The translations under genes and the position numbers were made by a program. From the IMG/VR virus record IMGVR_UViG_3300020122_000503, positions 9,507 through 73,506 of that record: 64,000 nt of DNA; one strand, written 5' to 3'. Below, one piece after another: positions 9,087-18,381 of the stretch; position 1 is the stretch's first letter; each line of letters opens with the position of its first letter. Below the pieces are notes generated by a model, which was not told the origin of the DNA, ran no database searches, and was given only the letters and a program-made list of their open reading frames with translations. Source of the stretch: a virus.

Positions 9087-10370
9087 ATGGCAAAGCAGAA
9101 GAGCAAAGGCAGCATCGTCGGCAGAGACATCATCACGTGGGGACGCGAGAAGGGTAAGCCCCAGCGCGTCAAGTTCGCCGAAGGTTTCGGCATGGTCGGC
9201 GACCCGAAAGCCGCGGAGAAGTGTCTCCGTTGCGGTTTCGGCAACATCCCCGTGATCGAAGAGGTCGTGTGGACGATTCCTCTCCCGCTCACGGCCGAGG
9301 AAGCACTCGCGACCCTCGGCGACACGGTGAACTTGCTCTCGGGTTCCTCGAGCGTGCCCGGTGTGGCGTCGATCGACTCGACGTTCCTCATCAACGGCAT
9401 TCTCCAGACGGACATCCTCGTGCAAGGCCTCGGCTGCCACATCTTCTGTGAGCCGATGAGCTTCTCGACGATCGGAAACGCCTGGGAGGCGCCTGCGCAA
9501 ACGGTTGCGCCCCCGCCCTCGCCGGACGTGTTCACGGAGCTCGACCGCAACAACGGCGCGCTCGGCGCTGCGTTCGAGGGCACCGAACCGACTCAGACCA
9601 TGAGCCCGGCGGTGTTCGAGTTCGGTGCACCGGTGTGGCGCGCGGGCTGGAACTTCATCAACGCCTACCAGTTCCAGTGGCGGACCTCGCAGCGTGAACT
9701 CGTTCTGAACGAGCTCGCGGCGGACGTGAGCTACTTCGGTAGCTTCGCGGACGCTCTCGCTGCCGGAACGTCGGAAGTTCCCATCATCGAGTACGTCGCG
9801 CTCGTCAACGCAACGTACCGGTCGAAAGGATCGGCCACGATCTTCCTGCCTGTGAGCTTCCGGCGCGTGGGCAGCATCGACACTACCCCGGCTTCGGTGA
9901 CCACCAACGTGGGCATCTTCCACCCGACGCGCGACTTCGATCTCGCGCCGGTGACCTGGGGCGGCCTCCGGTGGCAGGGCTACGGCTGCAAGGGCCAGAT
10001 GTACCGTCCGATCGAGAGCCCGTGCTTCCTCGAGCGCGGTATCCCCATCGGCATGGGCTTCATCGTGCAGGACGCCGTGCACCAGGCGCAGATGCTCGAA
10101 GCGGTCACGATCAACAACGAGCCTCTCGGCGTGAACGTCTCGGTGGACGAGAACCTCTCGGACATCACGGCTACCGGCACGAACGTGATGCTCGAACAGA
10201 CGATGGACACGAGCGCTCTCTCCGTCCCGCAGGTGGTCAACACCTCTCGGCAGGTCTTCAAGGGCGGTATCTTGAAGATCGGCATCAAGCTCAAGGGATG
10301 GGAGATGCCTGGTGGGTGGAAGGCGTATTGCATGCAGAACATCGTCTCGAGCCCGACGGCCGCGGGCTGA
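9087..10370 (+). CDS. candidate major capsid protein (possibly jelly-roll fold)
   Basis: 427 aa, beta-rich composition, AGGAG RBS, very GC3-biased codons, followed by a terminator-like hairpin; located after the core-like protein; fold is inference only. Confidence 0.45.
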   Translation: MAKQKSKGSIVGRDIITWGREKGKPQRVKFAEGFGMVGDPKAAEKCLRCGFGNIPVIEEVVWTIPLPLTAEEALATLGDTVNLLSGSSSVPGVASIDSTFLINGILQTDILVQGLGCHIFCEPMSFSTIGNAWEAPAQTVAPPPSPDVFTELDRNNGALGAAFEGTEPTQTMSPAVFEFGAPVWRAGWNFINAYQFQWRTSQRELVLNELAADVSYFGSFADALAAGTSEVPIIEYVALVNATYRSKGSATIFLPVSFRRVGSIDTTPASVTTNVGIFHPTRDFDLAPVTWGGLRWQGYGCKGQMYRPIESPCFLERGIPIGMGFIVQDAVHQAQMLEAVTINNEPLGVNVSVDENLSDITATGTNVMLEQTMDTSALSVPQVVNTSRQVFKGGILKIGIKLKGWEMPGGWKAYCMQNIVSSPTAAG

Positions 10371-10389
10371 TTCGAACGAAACCACATCC

Positions 10390-10431
10390 GAGCGGCGTGG
10401 CCGACCAGCGCCGCGCCGCTCGTTGTGTTTT
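10390..10431 (+). terminator. rho-independent terminator-like hairpin
   Basis: GAGCGGCGTGGC-loop-GCCGCGCCGCTC stem followed by GTTGTGTTTT. Confidence 0.6.
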
Positions 10432-10442
10432 AGGAGAACCCA

Positions 10443-11045
10443 ATGCAGCCGAAGACCTATGACGACATCAAGTCGATCGCACTCTGGGCGCCGAAGATTG
10501 CCTTCGGCATGGTGGCGGGCGTCCCGCGCGTGCCGGTCGTTCTCGACATCCCACTCCAGTTCTCGTCGAGCACGGTGGACGCTCCACCGATCATCGGGAG
10601 CTTCCAAAACAACCTCGCCCAGGACACGTTCATCGAGCGCATCGTGTTCAACCTGTTCCAGCAGAACAGCTACGCGGGCTCGCCGTTCCAGTCGACGTAC
10701 TTCAACCAGCTCAAGCAAAGCGGACAGACCGGCGTCGGCATCCGAATGGACGTCTACGGATCGCCGAAGTACTCGGTGAACGACACTTTCACCGATCTCG
10801 GCAATCTCGCCGACGTGCTCGCGGTCACGTGGCCGCAAGGCTGGCCGCTCTACAAGCAAGAGAACGTGAAGGTACAAGCGATTCTTTTGCAGACGCCCGT
10901 GAGCGTTCCCTACAACGTCAACATCTCCTTCCTCGGTTGGCAGTTCAACTCGAAGGATCTCGACGATCTCAGCGATCAAGATTGTCGGGTCCGTTTGCGA
11001 AAGCTCGGAATCGAAACCCCTGACCTCACTCTTCTCCTTGGATGA
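10443..11045 (+). CDS. putative virion structural protein (minor capsid-like)
   Basis: 200-aa beta-rich ORF with AGGAG RBS directly after the candidate capsid gene. Confidence 0.4.
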   Translation: MQPKTYDDIKSIALWAPKIAFGMVAGVPRVPVVLDIPLQFSSSTVDAPPIIGSFQNNLAQDTFIERIVFNLFQQNSYAGSPFQSTYFNQLKQSGQTGVGIRMDVYGSPKYSVNDTFTDLGNLADVLAVTWPQGWPLYKQENVKVQAILLQTPVSVPYNVNISFLGWQFNSKDLDDLSDQDCRVRLRKLGIETPDLTLLLG

Positions 11046-11950
11046 CCAAGCGCGTCGATAACCTCATCCGTCTTCAGACGCACCCGGCGGGTGTGGGCGG
11101 CGCGCTTCGTTCTGTGCTTGCCAGGGGTCGCACCGAGCTCGTCACGAACGGCCCGAACAAAGAGTTCACGTTCATCGGCAGCGACCCGTGGGATACGAAC
11201 GCCTACACCGGGCTCGTCGTGCCGGCGACGCCGAGCTCGGCGAATAGCGACGCGCGCTATCTCTTCCTTCTTGCGCGAGCAAGCTTTCGCTCCGGCGAAC
11301 AGAGCCCGGAGAAGTGCGGCGTGCGTCTAGTCGGAATTCGGCAGTACGCCGAGCTCATCGCGAGGCTCCCGGCGCGCGAGGGCATACTCGATAGCGAATC
11401 GGGGCCTCCGACAGGTGCGACAGTCGTCTTCCGAAAGGAAATCACGACCCCGCTCTGGCATTTCCCCGACGGCAACATCTCGTGGCACGTGGTGATCGTC
11501 AACGTCGTGTCGCGCGACATGCGGAACCCCGCAAACACGGACGGTTTCAACTACCAGGACTGCAACTCTCCGACGCTCCTCTATCAATCCGGAGCTCCAA
11601 GCGGCGTCGGATACGTTCCTCCGAACGGCGGACGCCCTTGGGGCACTCCTCTTGATGCGAGCCTCGGGAACATCCACGAGCTCCGCTACCCGTGGCGCTC
11701 GAACCAGAGCGAGCGCGCGCTCGACATCCCAATCCCGACGCCGTGTGACGTGCTCCTATTCGCAAGCGTTCGTCAGAACGATCCGGCGACGAACCCGACG
11801 CTCGACAGCGACGCTGCGGCGAGCTGCGCGATCTTTGGAGCGCTCTCTCCGGAAGATCAGTTCATGGTCGCATTCAACGACTTCGTGCAATACGGCACGA
11901 TCGCCGGTGCGCTCGTGTTCGACGAGAACCTCGGGGAGGACGTACCATGA
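11042..11950 (+). CDS. putative virion structural protein
   Basis: 302-aa ORF coupled by ATGA overlap within the structural operon. Confidence 0.45.
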   Translation: MTKRVDNLIRLQTHPAGVGGALRSVLARGRTELVTNGPNKEFTFIGSDPWDTNAYTGLVVPATPSSANSDARYLFLLARASFRSGEQSPEKCGVRLVGIRQYAELIARLPAREGILDSESGPPTGATVVFRKEITTPLWHFPDGNISWHVVIVNVVSRDMRNPANTDGFNYQDCNSPTLLYQSGAPSGVGYVPPNGGRPWGTPLDASLGNIHELRYPWRSNQSERALDIPIPTPCDVLLFASVRQNDPATNPTLDSDAAASCAIFGALSPEDQFMVAFNDFVQYGTIAGALVFDENLGEDVP

Positions 11951-12183
11951 CGGACGACACCGCGACTCGCATCAGTGCCGGCATGGGAGCTGTCGCCGGA
12001 TTCGTAATCGGCGGCATTGTTGGCGGCGTGCTCGGTGCCCCGAGAGACAGCGCAATCACCGGAGTGATGGGCGCGGCGCTTGGTACCGCAGTCGGTGCGT
12101 ACCTCGGTGTTCCTTCTGGTACGTGTTTGTCGCCAGAAAAAGCGACTGTCGGCACTAGCGGCCTGCCAATGAGGTTCCCATGA
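11947..12183 (+). CDS. small Gly-zipper membrane protein ending MRFP
   Basis: Two GxxxG-rich hydrophobic helices. Confidence 0.7.
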   Translation: MTDDTATRISAGMGAVAGFVIGGIVGGVLGAPRDSAITGVMGAALGTAVGAYLGVPSGTCLSPEKATVGTSGLPMRFP

Positions 12184-12404
12184 GTCGTCTCGCAGTAGGA
12201 ATTGGCGGCGGTCTCGGAGCCGTAGCCGCCGCTGGCGCAATCGAAGGAAGCCTCGAGAAAGCTTCAAGAACGAACGAAGACTCACTCCTAGGAATGCTCG
12301 GAATGCTGTTCGGCGGAATCGCTGGCGCCGCTATCGGCGGCGGTTGCCCCGACTGCAAAACATCAGGCACTGTCAGCGGACAGCCGCCACTGAGGTTTCC
12401 ATGA
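12180..12404 (+). CDS. small Gly-zipper membrane protein ending LRFP
   Basis: Two Gly-rich hydrophobic helices; ATGA overlaps at both ends. Confidence 0.7.
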   Translation: MSRLAVGIGGGLGAVAAAGAIEGSLEKASRTNEDSLLGMLGMLFGGIAGAAIGGGCPDCKTSGTVSGQPPLRFP

Positions 12405-13063
12405 CTCCCGGTGGTGCGGCGCTTTTGACCGGAGCGGCCAGCGTGTTTGGCGGCTTTCTTGGCGCGTCTATCGGCGAAGAGTTCGAGCGCAGGTCACGCG
12501 GCGTACGCAACGGAGCTGGGTGGGGTGCGGTGATCGGAACGTTCACGTTCGGGGCTCTCGCCGGAGCGAAAGCGGCTACGGACGACTCTAAACCTACCGG
12601 CACTCTCTCGGGCCCGCGTATCGGAGTTCTTGGAGCGACGGCTAAGGCGATGTGGTTCGCTCCCGGTGATGTTTGGTACATCGACTTCGAGTCCAATCTC
12701 CCGGTCACCACAGAACAGTTCTTCAAACTAGTCGGAAGTGTGCAAGCGGAAGCTCCGAAGATAGTCCCGGGAGTTGAAACAGCCACTTGGTTGTCGTTTC
12801 AACCTATCGATCAGCAACACTTCCGAGCGATCGTGAAGTGGGGTGTTGCAGGCAACTACCTCAACAAAGGCGACGCTGAAACAATCGACGGCATCAGATT
12901 CAGAGTGGCTTCTGCCGGTCCGTACTCCGCGCCAACGGACGAACAGAAAATCTCGACCGGCAAGATCGTTGCCGTGTCGGCAATAAGCGCACTCGGTCTT
13001 GGTGGCATCTTTCTCGCGGCGACAAGCGGGAAGAAAAAGAAGAATCGGAGGCGCTCACGATGA
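12401..13063 (+). CDS. membrane protein with N-terminal Gly-zipper and C-terminal anchor
   Basis: Start at the ATGA overlap; C-terminal ISTG-hydrophobic helix-KKKKNRRRSR. Confidence 0.7.
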   Translation: MTPGGAALLTGAASVFGGFLGASIGEEFERRSRGVRNGAGWGAVIGTFTFGALAGAKAATDDSKPTGTLSGPRIGVLGATAKAMWFAPGDVWYIDFESNLPVTTEQFFKLVGSVQAEAPKIVPGVETATWLSFQPIDQQHFRAIVKWGVAGNYLNKGDAETIDGIRFRVASAGPYSAPTDEQKISTGKIVAVSAISALGLGGIFLAATSGKKKKNRRRSR

Positions 13064-13371
13064 ACGTCGCATGCGGCCTCGCCGACGAGTGCATCACGCT
13101 TCCGTCTTCGGATGCGGCGGTGACGCTCGTGCGCGGCAACATCGCGTCGGGTCTAGTCGGCGTTGTCGCGAGCACGGTCCTTCGCGCCGGGCTCATCGGC
13201 GGAGGTCTCTATCTCGTCGGGGAGCGCAAGCACCTCGTCAGGAATGCGCTCGGCGCCGCCGCGGCAATCGAAGCGTTCGTTCTCGCGTGGGTCGCCGGCA
13301 AAAACAACGGTAAGAGTTCGGACAAGAGCACTTCGACACCACAACAAGCAACTCAAGTGAGCTTCCCATGA
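13060..13371 (+). CDS. small membrane protein
   Basis: Hydrophobic helices; ends QVSFP. Confidence 0.65.
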   Translation: MNVACGLADECITLPSSDAAVTLVRGNIASGLVGVVASTVLRAGLIGGGLYLVGERKHLVRNALGAAAAIEAFVLAWVAGKNNGKSSDKSTSTPQQATQVSFP

Positions 13372-13775
13372 CGAACGGCGAAGCTGCACTAGTAGGCGCC
13401 GCAATCGGAACGGTATTGGGCGGTGCCGCGATGATGATTTGGCAAAAATCTCAGGCACAAAGCTCATCTCTTCCTCCTCCTTCTGCTCCGACTTACGACG
13501 TAACCAAAGCCATTCACGTATCGCTTGGAGGATCATTTACGGTTCCGGTAGGAGCCAACGTCGTAGTGGACTTGCCACCCAATGTAGATCTTTGGCGGAC
13601 AGGCGTCGTAACAAGTAACGCAACATCGCTTGCCCCAAGCTACCCAGCAACAACCAACGGATTCGTCGCAGTTGCGCCCGGAACGGCCACACTTACAGGC
13701 ACTCCGGGCTCCCCATCAGATGGTCAGGCGAGAAGTGTGCAAGTCACGGTCGTACCGCAACTGAGGTTTCCATGA
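13368..13775 (+). CDS. N-terminally anchored beta-rich (Ig-like) protein ending LRFP
   Basis: N-terminal hydrophobic helix; FVAVAPGTATLT Ig-like motif. Confidence 0.6.
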   Translation: MTNGEAALVGAAIGTVLGGAAMMIWQKSQAQSSSLPPPSAPTYDVTKAIHVSLGGSFTVPVGANVVVDLPPNVDLWRTGVVTSNATSLAPSYPATTNGFVAVAPGTATLTGTPGSPSDGQARSVQVTVVPQLRFP

Positions 13776-13987
13776 ACCAAGTAGTAGCAAGCGGGCTCGG
13801 CGGTTTGGTCGCGGGCGCCATTGGCGCAGCGGTCGCGAACTCGTCCGACAGTTACCCTGTGCTCAAGGGCGCGCTCGTCGTCGGCGCTATTGACGCGGTT
13901 CTCACGGCCGTAGTGATCGGCGCATCCGAAAAACCAACCGGGACTCTTTCCGGGCCGCCGCGCCCTAGACCGTTGAGGTTTCCATGA
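13772..13987 (+). CDS. small Gly-zipper membrane protein ending LRFP
   Basis: Two hydrophobic helices; KPTGTLSGP motif. Confidence 0.7.
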   Translation: MNQVVASGLGGLVAGAIGAAVANSSDSYPVLKGALVVGAIDAVLTAVVIGASEKPTGTLSGPPRPRPLRFP

Positions 13988-14673
13988 CGACTCCCGCGCA
14001 AGCATACGGTCACCCCGACTTCGTCACGGACGTTCCCGTTCAAGGACCGACCGACGAAGGCATCCGCGCGCATGACTGCTGGTTTCGTCAAAATGTGTTA
14101 CCGGCGCGCCCCGCGTGCGTCGATTGCGAAGGACCAATACCAATGTGGGCTCAAACCAAGGGACTGCTCGGCAACAGTGTTTCGTTCGGTGGGAGAGGCG
14201 CACTCGGCTTCGCGCTCCGAGGCCCGAGCGATCCGGAAATATGGACGAAGCTCTCCGTTGCTCAGCAGCAGTGGATCGTCGACACGCTCACGAAGCTCGA
14301 CAGCATCATCCGTCAGCAGACGGGCACGAGCTGCCAGTCGTGGGGCCCATCGATCACCGCTGCCGGCGGATGCTTTCAGATGTGGTTCAACGCGAACAAA
14401 ATGGGGCTCACGAAGGCCGACGGGTCGCCGCTCGTCCTTCGCACCGACCGCGTTTGGGACCAAGACTCGCTCGACGCGCTTCGCACTGTCGCAGCGATGG
14501 ATCCGAAGGATTTCCCGACCCCGTATCCGGGGACGACGCTCCCCGGTCCTGCAACCGAAGAAAAGAAGAAACTCTCGACCGGCGAAATGGTCGGGATCGC
14601 TACTGCCGGCGCCGCCGTCATCGGCGGGATCGGCTACCTCGCCACTCGCAAGAAGAGTCGAAGGAGACGCTGA
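13984..14673 (+). CDS. protein with C-terminal membrane anchor (possible peptidoglycan-binding domain)
   Basis: C-terminal LSTGEMVG-hydrophobic helix-RKKSRRRR. Confidence 0.65.
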   Translation: MTTPAQAYGHPDFVTDVPVQGPTDEGIRAHDCWFRQNVLPARPACVDCEGPIPMWAQTKGLLGNSVSFGGRGALGFALRGPSDPEIWTKLSVAQQQWIVDTLTKLDSIIRQQTGTSCQSWGPSITAAGGCFQMWFNANKMGLTKADGSPLVLRTDRVWDQDSLDALRTVAAMDPKDFPTPYPGTTLPGPATEEKKKLSTGEMVGIATAGAAVIGGIGYLATRKKSRRRR

Positions 14674-14676
14674 ACG

Positions 14677-16116
14677 ATGTTGTACCAAATTAAAAAAGGC
14701 GACTCGCCGCGGCAGATCGCTAGGCGATACGGCGTGTCGTTCGATAGGCTCATCGCGGCGAACGCGCACAAGCCTACGACCGTCGTTGCCGGGCAACGCA
14801 CTTGGCGATCAATCCTTCCAAGGGAAACGATCGTCGTTCCAGTCGGCGGCACGATCGGCGCACTCGGCGACGCTGCGAGCGACGCCATCAACGCGCTCAT
14901 TGCCGCCGGTGGTCCGTGTCTCCAGGCGAACGTCGCTCTCGTTTGCGCCGCTCAGCGAGCTCTCGGGTTCACACCCGGCGCTGGAGTCGACGGAAAATGG
15001 GGCACCAAGGACGAGGCCGCGGCGGCACAAGCCGGTTTCGCCATTCCCGCGTGTAGCCCCCGCCCCTCGTGGTGGGCCCCGAAAGGTTCATCAAACTGCG
15101 GCACGATGGCGACTTCAGTTCCGAGTCCGTCGGGCGGTGGAGCTCTTGCGGGAGCCGCAGCTGCGGCGCTCGCCGCCCTGAACGCCGATCCGAACTACTG
15201 CACGAGCGTCAGCCGCGTAGGAAGCCCCGTGAACACGGCCGTGCACAACTTCAAGGCCGCGTGGAACTCGGCGAATCCGTCGAATCCCGTGCCGATCGGC
15301 ACCGGTAAGTACGAGCCGGTCGTCGCGAACGCGCTTTCGACGGCGCTCGGCGGCGTGACGGTGCCGCCGGGATGCGGTGCCGGCGCAGCGCCTCCAACCC
15401 CGTTCAATCCGCCCCCGCCTCCGCCGCCCCCTCCGCCCCCGCCTCCGAATCCGGTGACGCCGTCCGCGCTACCAGCGGCCGTGCAGGCACTTCTGAGCGC
15501 GAACCCGTGCGATCCGGCGAACGTCTCTCTCGTTTGCGCAGCGCAACTCGCTCTCGGTTTCAGACCCGGAGCCGGAGTCGACGGCAAATGGGGTGACAAG
15601 GACGCGGCAGCAACGGGCGGCGCCATTCCGGCGTGCAGCCCTCGCCCGTCTTGGTGGACACCAAAGGGACAGAGCAATTGCACGGGTGGTATGGCACCTC
15701 CGCCGCCTCCGCCACCCCCACCTCCCCCGCCACCGCCCCCGCCTCCAGGGAAAACGTGTCCGGCAGGCACGGTCTACAATCCGATTTCGGGGCAGTGCGA
15801 AACGGGAAAGGCGCCACCTCCGCCGCCTCCACCGCCGCCAGGGAAAACGTGTCCCGCGGGCACGACATACAACCCGACAACGGGACAGTGCGAATCCCCC
15901 GGCGGACAAATCACTCCGCCCGAAGAGAAGAAGGGCCTCTCAACCGGCGCCATCGTAGCCGGCGCAGTCGGCGCAGCGGCTCTCGTCGGTCTCATCGCCG
16001 TCGCGATGACCGGCAAGAAAGGGCACCGCGGCTCGCGCGGTAAGCGAGGCCCGAGCGGGCATCGCAAGTCAACGCATCACAAGGCGCACAAGAGCCACGG
16101 GAAGAGAAAGCGGTAA
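14677..16116 (+). CDS. LysM/peptidoglycan-binding Pro-rich protein with C-terminal anchor
   Basis: YQIKKGDSPRQIARRYGVS (LysM); two AQxALGFxPGAGVDGKWG repeats; poly-Pro tracts; two TCPAGTxYNPxxGQCE repeats; hydrophobic helix plus basic tail. Confidence 0.8.
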   Translation: MLYQIKKGDSPRQIARRYGVSFDRLIAANAHKPTTVVAGQRTWRSILPRETIVVPVGGTIGALGDAASDAINALIAAGGPCLQANVALVCAAQRALGFTPGAGVDGKWGTKDEAAAAQAGFAIPACSPRPSWWAPKGSSNCGTMATSVPSPSGGGALAGAAAAALAALNADPNYCTSVSRVGSPVNTAVHNFKAAWNSANPSNPVPIGTGKYEPVVANALSTALGGVTVPPGCGAGAAPPTPFNPPPPPPPPPPPPPNPVTPSALPAAVQALLSANPCDPANVSLVCAAQLALGFRPGAGVDGKWGDKDAAATGGAIPACSPRPSWWTPKGQSNCTGGMAPPPPPPPPPPPPPPPPPGKTCPAGTVYNPISGQCETGKAPPPPPPPPPGKTCPAGTTYNPTTGQCESPGGQITPPEEKKGLSTGAIVAGAVGAAALVGLIAVAMTGKKGHRGSRGKRGPSGHRKSTHHKAHKSHGKRKR

Positions 16117-16122
16117 CGTTCC

Positions 16123-16395
16123 ATGCAAGTCGTCATCACCAAAGACCAGCTCGAAAAGAGCAGCGCCTGTCTGGTCTATCTCGACTCACCGGAATGGGAC
16201 ACGTCACGTCAGGCGCTCGTGTACTCCGATTGGGAGAAAACGGTCGAACGGCTGATGTCGACTCGAGCAGGAACGACGTACTTGGACTTTTTGGTCGTTC
16301 GTAAGCTCGTGCCCATGACAACCGCCGAGCTCGCCCAAAAACGACAAGTCGCTCGACTCGCCGAAATTCAACGCGCGCAATCAGGAGGATCTTGA
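16123..16395 (+). CDS. hypothetical protein
   Basis: 90-aa ORF in operon. Confidence 0.55.
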   Translation: MQVVITKDQLEKSSACLVYLDSPEWDTSRQALVYSDWEKTVERLMSTRAGTTYLDFLVVRKLVPMTTAELAQKRQVARLAEIQRAQSGGS

Positions 16396-16396
16396 A

Positions 16397-16927
16397 ATGT
16401 CTGAATTCGTAGGACGTACCGGAGCGCTGCGCGTCTACTCCTATCCGGAGAACCGTCTCCAAGGTTCGTCAGCATCATTCGCTCGAAACTTCGCGTCTGG
16501 GCCTGCTGGGGCTACCGACATCCCGGTCGCTGGAATATTGGTGCCGTGGAGCAGCCCCGATGCAGGAACTCCTGGTACCGACGTACCGATCACTCCGAGG
16601 TCAACCGGGCTCGTTCTCATCACCGGCGTGATCACGGTGAAGAGCACGTCGGGAAATCAAGAAACGGTGACCTTGGAAGTCTTGGTCAACGGAGTTCCAC
16701 TGGCGGTTCCGTTCGTCGAGAATCTGACAATTGAACCGGGAGGCGTCATAGCCATCCCGATTCTCACTGAAACAAATTCTCACATCAACGGCGGTCCTTT
16801 GCCGCTTGGAACGACCGCGGACGTCTCGATTTTCCTGTCTGCAAGCGTCGACGATCCGGTCGTGCTTCAGGTGTCCACCGAATCCTCGACACTCGAGTTG
16901 CAAGAGGTACCTGTCGCAACCGGATGA
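16397..16927 (+). CDS. beta-rich putative spike/fibre-associated protein
   Basis: GGAGG RBS; alternating hydrophobic beta pattern; shared N-terminal YP motif. Confidence 0.55.
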   Translation: MSEFVGRTGALRVYSYPENRLQGSSASFARNFASGPAGATDIPVAGILVPWSSPDAGTPGTDVPITPRSTGLVLITGVITVKSTSGNQETVTLEVLVNGVPLAVPFVENLTIEPGGVIAIPILTETNSHINGGPLPLGTTADVSIFLSASVDDPVVLQVSTESSTLELQEVPVATG

Positions 16928-17139
16928 AGGAGAAGCACATGCCCAACCTGATCCGAGAAGAAACGCTCATGTGCTGCAACTACAAGCGCTGTCCGGTCGT
17001 CAAGATGTTCGACGACGGCTCGATGGAGATCAGCGACGACGACGCACAGAACGGCTCGTTCGGCACGATCAAACTCGCGCCGGAAGTCGCCGATCGCCTG
17101 ATCGAACTCGCGGCAGAGCGCAAAACAGAACGTCCGTAA
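16924..17139 (+). CDS. small hypothetical protein
   Basis: 71-aa ORF with CCxxxxCP motif. Confidence 0.5.
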   Translation: MKEKHMPNLIREETLMCCNYKRCPVVKMFDDGSMEISDDDAQNGSFGTIKLAPEVADRLIELAAERKTERP

Positions 17140-17157
17140 AAAAGAGGAAACAGAAAA

Positions 17158-18381
17158 ATGTCGCACATCATCGGTCGTGGTCGGTATCGAGGAGAAACTT
17201 ATCCGAGCACCGGATCGAGCAGCGGCTCTCCCTCTGGAATCGTTCCTCTTTCGAGACAGAAGTTCATCGACGGCGACACGGGACAAACTGGTCTCAACGG
17301 ATCGGTTGCCGAACCTTTCAAAACCATCGCCGAGTTCATGGCGTCGCGTGGAGACGCATCGACAGACGACGCGGCTTCCAACTACGTCGGCTGGGTTATG
17401 CCTACGCTCGTTGGCTACGTCGAAGACGTTGCATTTCCCCCTTACGTCTCGACGGAACTACGCGCCGCTTCTTTCTCGCTCACCAGAGGTACGACAATAA
17501 CCGGCAACGTGACGTGGGCAAACGTAGCAGGAGTCAACCCTGCTGACGACGCCGTCGTTACGACCCAAAACCTTCGTATTTCTGGAAGCTTCACCGTGAC
17601 TGACGATGCCGGTGCGCCGGACTCGTTCGTGTTCATAGATGCCGATGGGGGTGTAGCAGAAGGCGGGTCTCTAGGAAGTTTTGACTCTAACGGAGCTACG
17701 CATCTTGTCGACGCTCTGTTCTCCAACGTTTCAGTCGGCGAAATCGACGCGGGCACCTCCTCTAGTAGCGCCGCTGTGGGCGTGTTCGACTGTGTCGTAT
17801 CTGGAGACATCCTGGCGCGTGTGCTTGCGGCGTCCGACTCAACGATCAACTCCTCGGCAATCACCGTAGAAGCAACATCTCCGGCCACTTTCATCGGTTG
17901 CACTTTCACTGCGAGCACCGTTCTGGATTGCCAACTCGGAGCCCATTTCGACGGTCGATCGTGGACCAGCTTCGTCGAAAACGGAGGAACGCGCGCCGCT
18001 ACCGGTACTGGCACTCCGGTACTGGTTTTCGGCGGCTACAGCGGAGCGGGTGTCGAAGGCGCCGCACTCACCGGAGCCAGCACGAGCGTTTCGCTCGACG
18101 GCACAGGTGCCACCGCCGGCTGGACCGGCCAGAACTCCGGTAACCACTACAGTACATCGAACGGCACTCCGACTACCGTTACGCTAAAAACAGGCGGCGG
18201 CGAACTTCCGGGCGACACGATACTCATCACAAAAACGGATCTAGGCGCCAACGTTCTCGCTGTCAAAAACAACGCGGCAGCCACGATCGGAACGATTCCG
18301 ACAAACAGCCGCGGATTCGTGCTCGCACGATTCGACGGAAGCGACTGGGTCTTCGAAGAAGGCGGATCACTCCTCGCATGA
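17158..18381 (+). CDS. putative fibre/spike protein (beta-helix-like)
   Basis: FIDGDTG...NGSVAEPFKTI motif typical of beta-helix N-caps; G/S/T-rich. Confidence 0.6.
   Translation: MSHIIGRGRYRGETYPSTGSSSGSPSGIVPLSRQKFIDGDTGQTGLNGSVAEPFKTIAEFMASRGDASTDDAASNYVGWVMPTLVGYVEDVAFPPYVSTELRAASFSLTRGTTITGNVTWANVAGVNPADDAVVTTQNLRISGSFTVTDDAGAPDSFVFIDADGGVAEGGSLGSFDSNGATHLVDALFSNVSVGEIDAGTSSSSAAVGVFDCVVSGDILARVLAASDSTINSSAITVEATSPATFIGCTFTASTVLDCQLGAHFDGRSWTSFVENGGTRAATGTGTPVLVFGGYSGAGVEGAALTGASTSVSLDGTGATAGWTGQNSGNHYSTSNGTPTTVTLKTGGGELPGDTILITKTDLGANVLAVKNNAAATIGTIPTNSRGFVLARFDGSDWVFEEGGSLLA

Noticed and set aside
8940-10979. Long antisense ORFs (e.g. 8940-10979, 7601-8851, 18924-19934, 22229-23260, 61506-63395)
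   Set aside because: Shadow frames of GC-rich or repetitive sense genes with no independent motifs.
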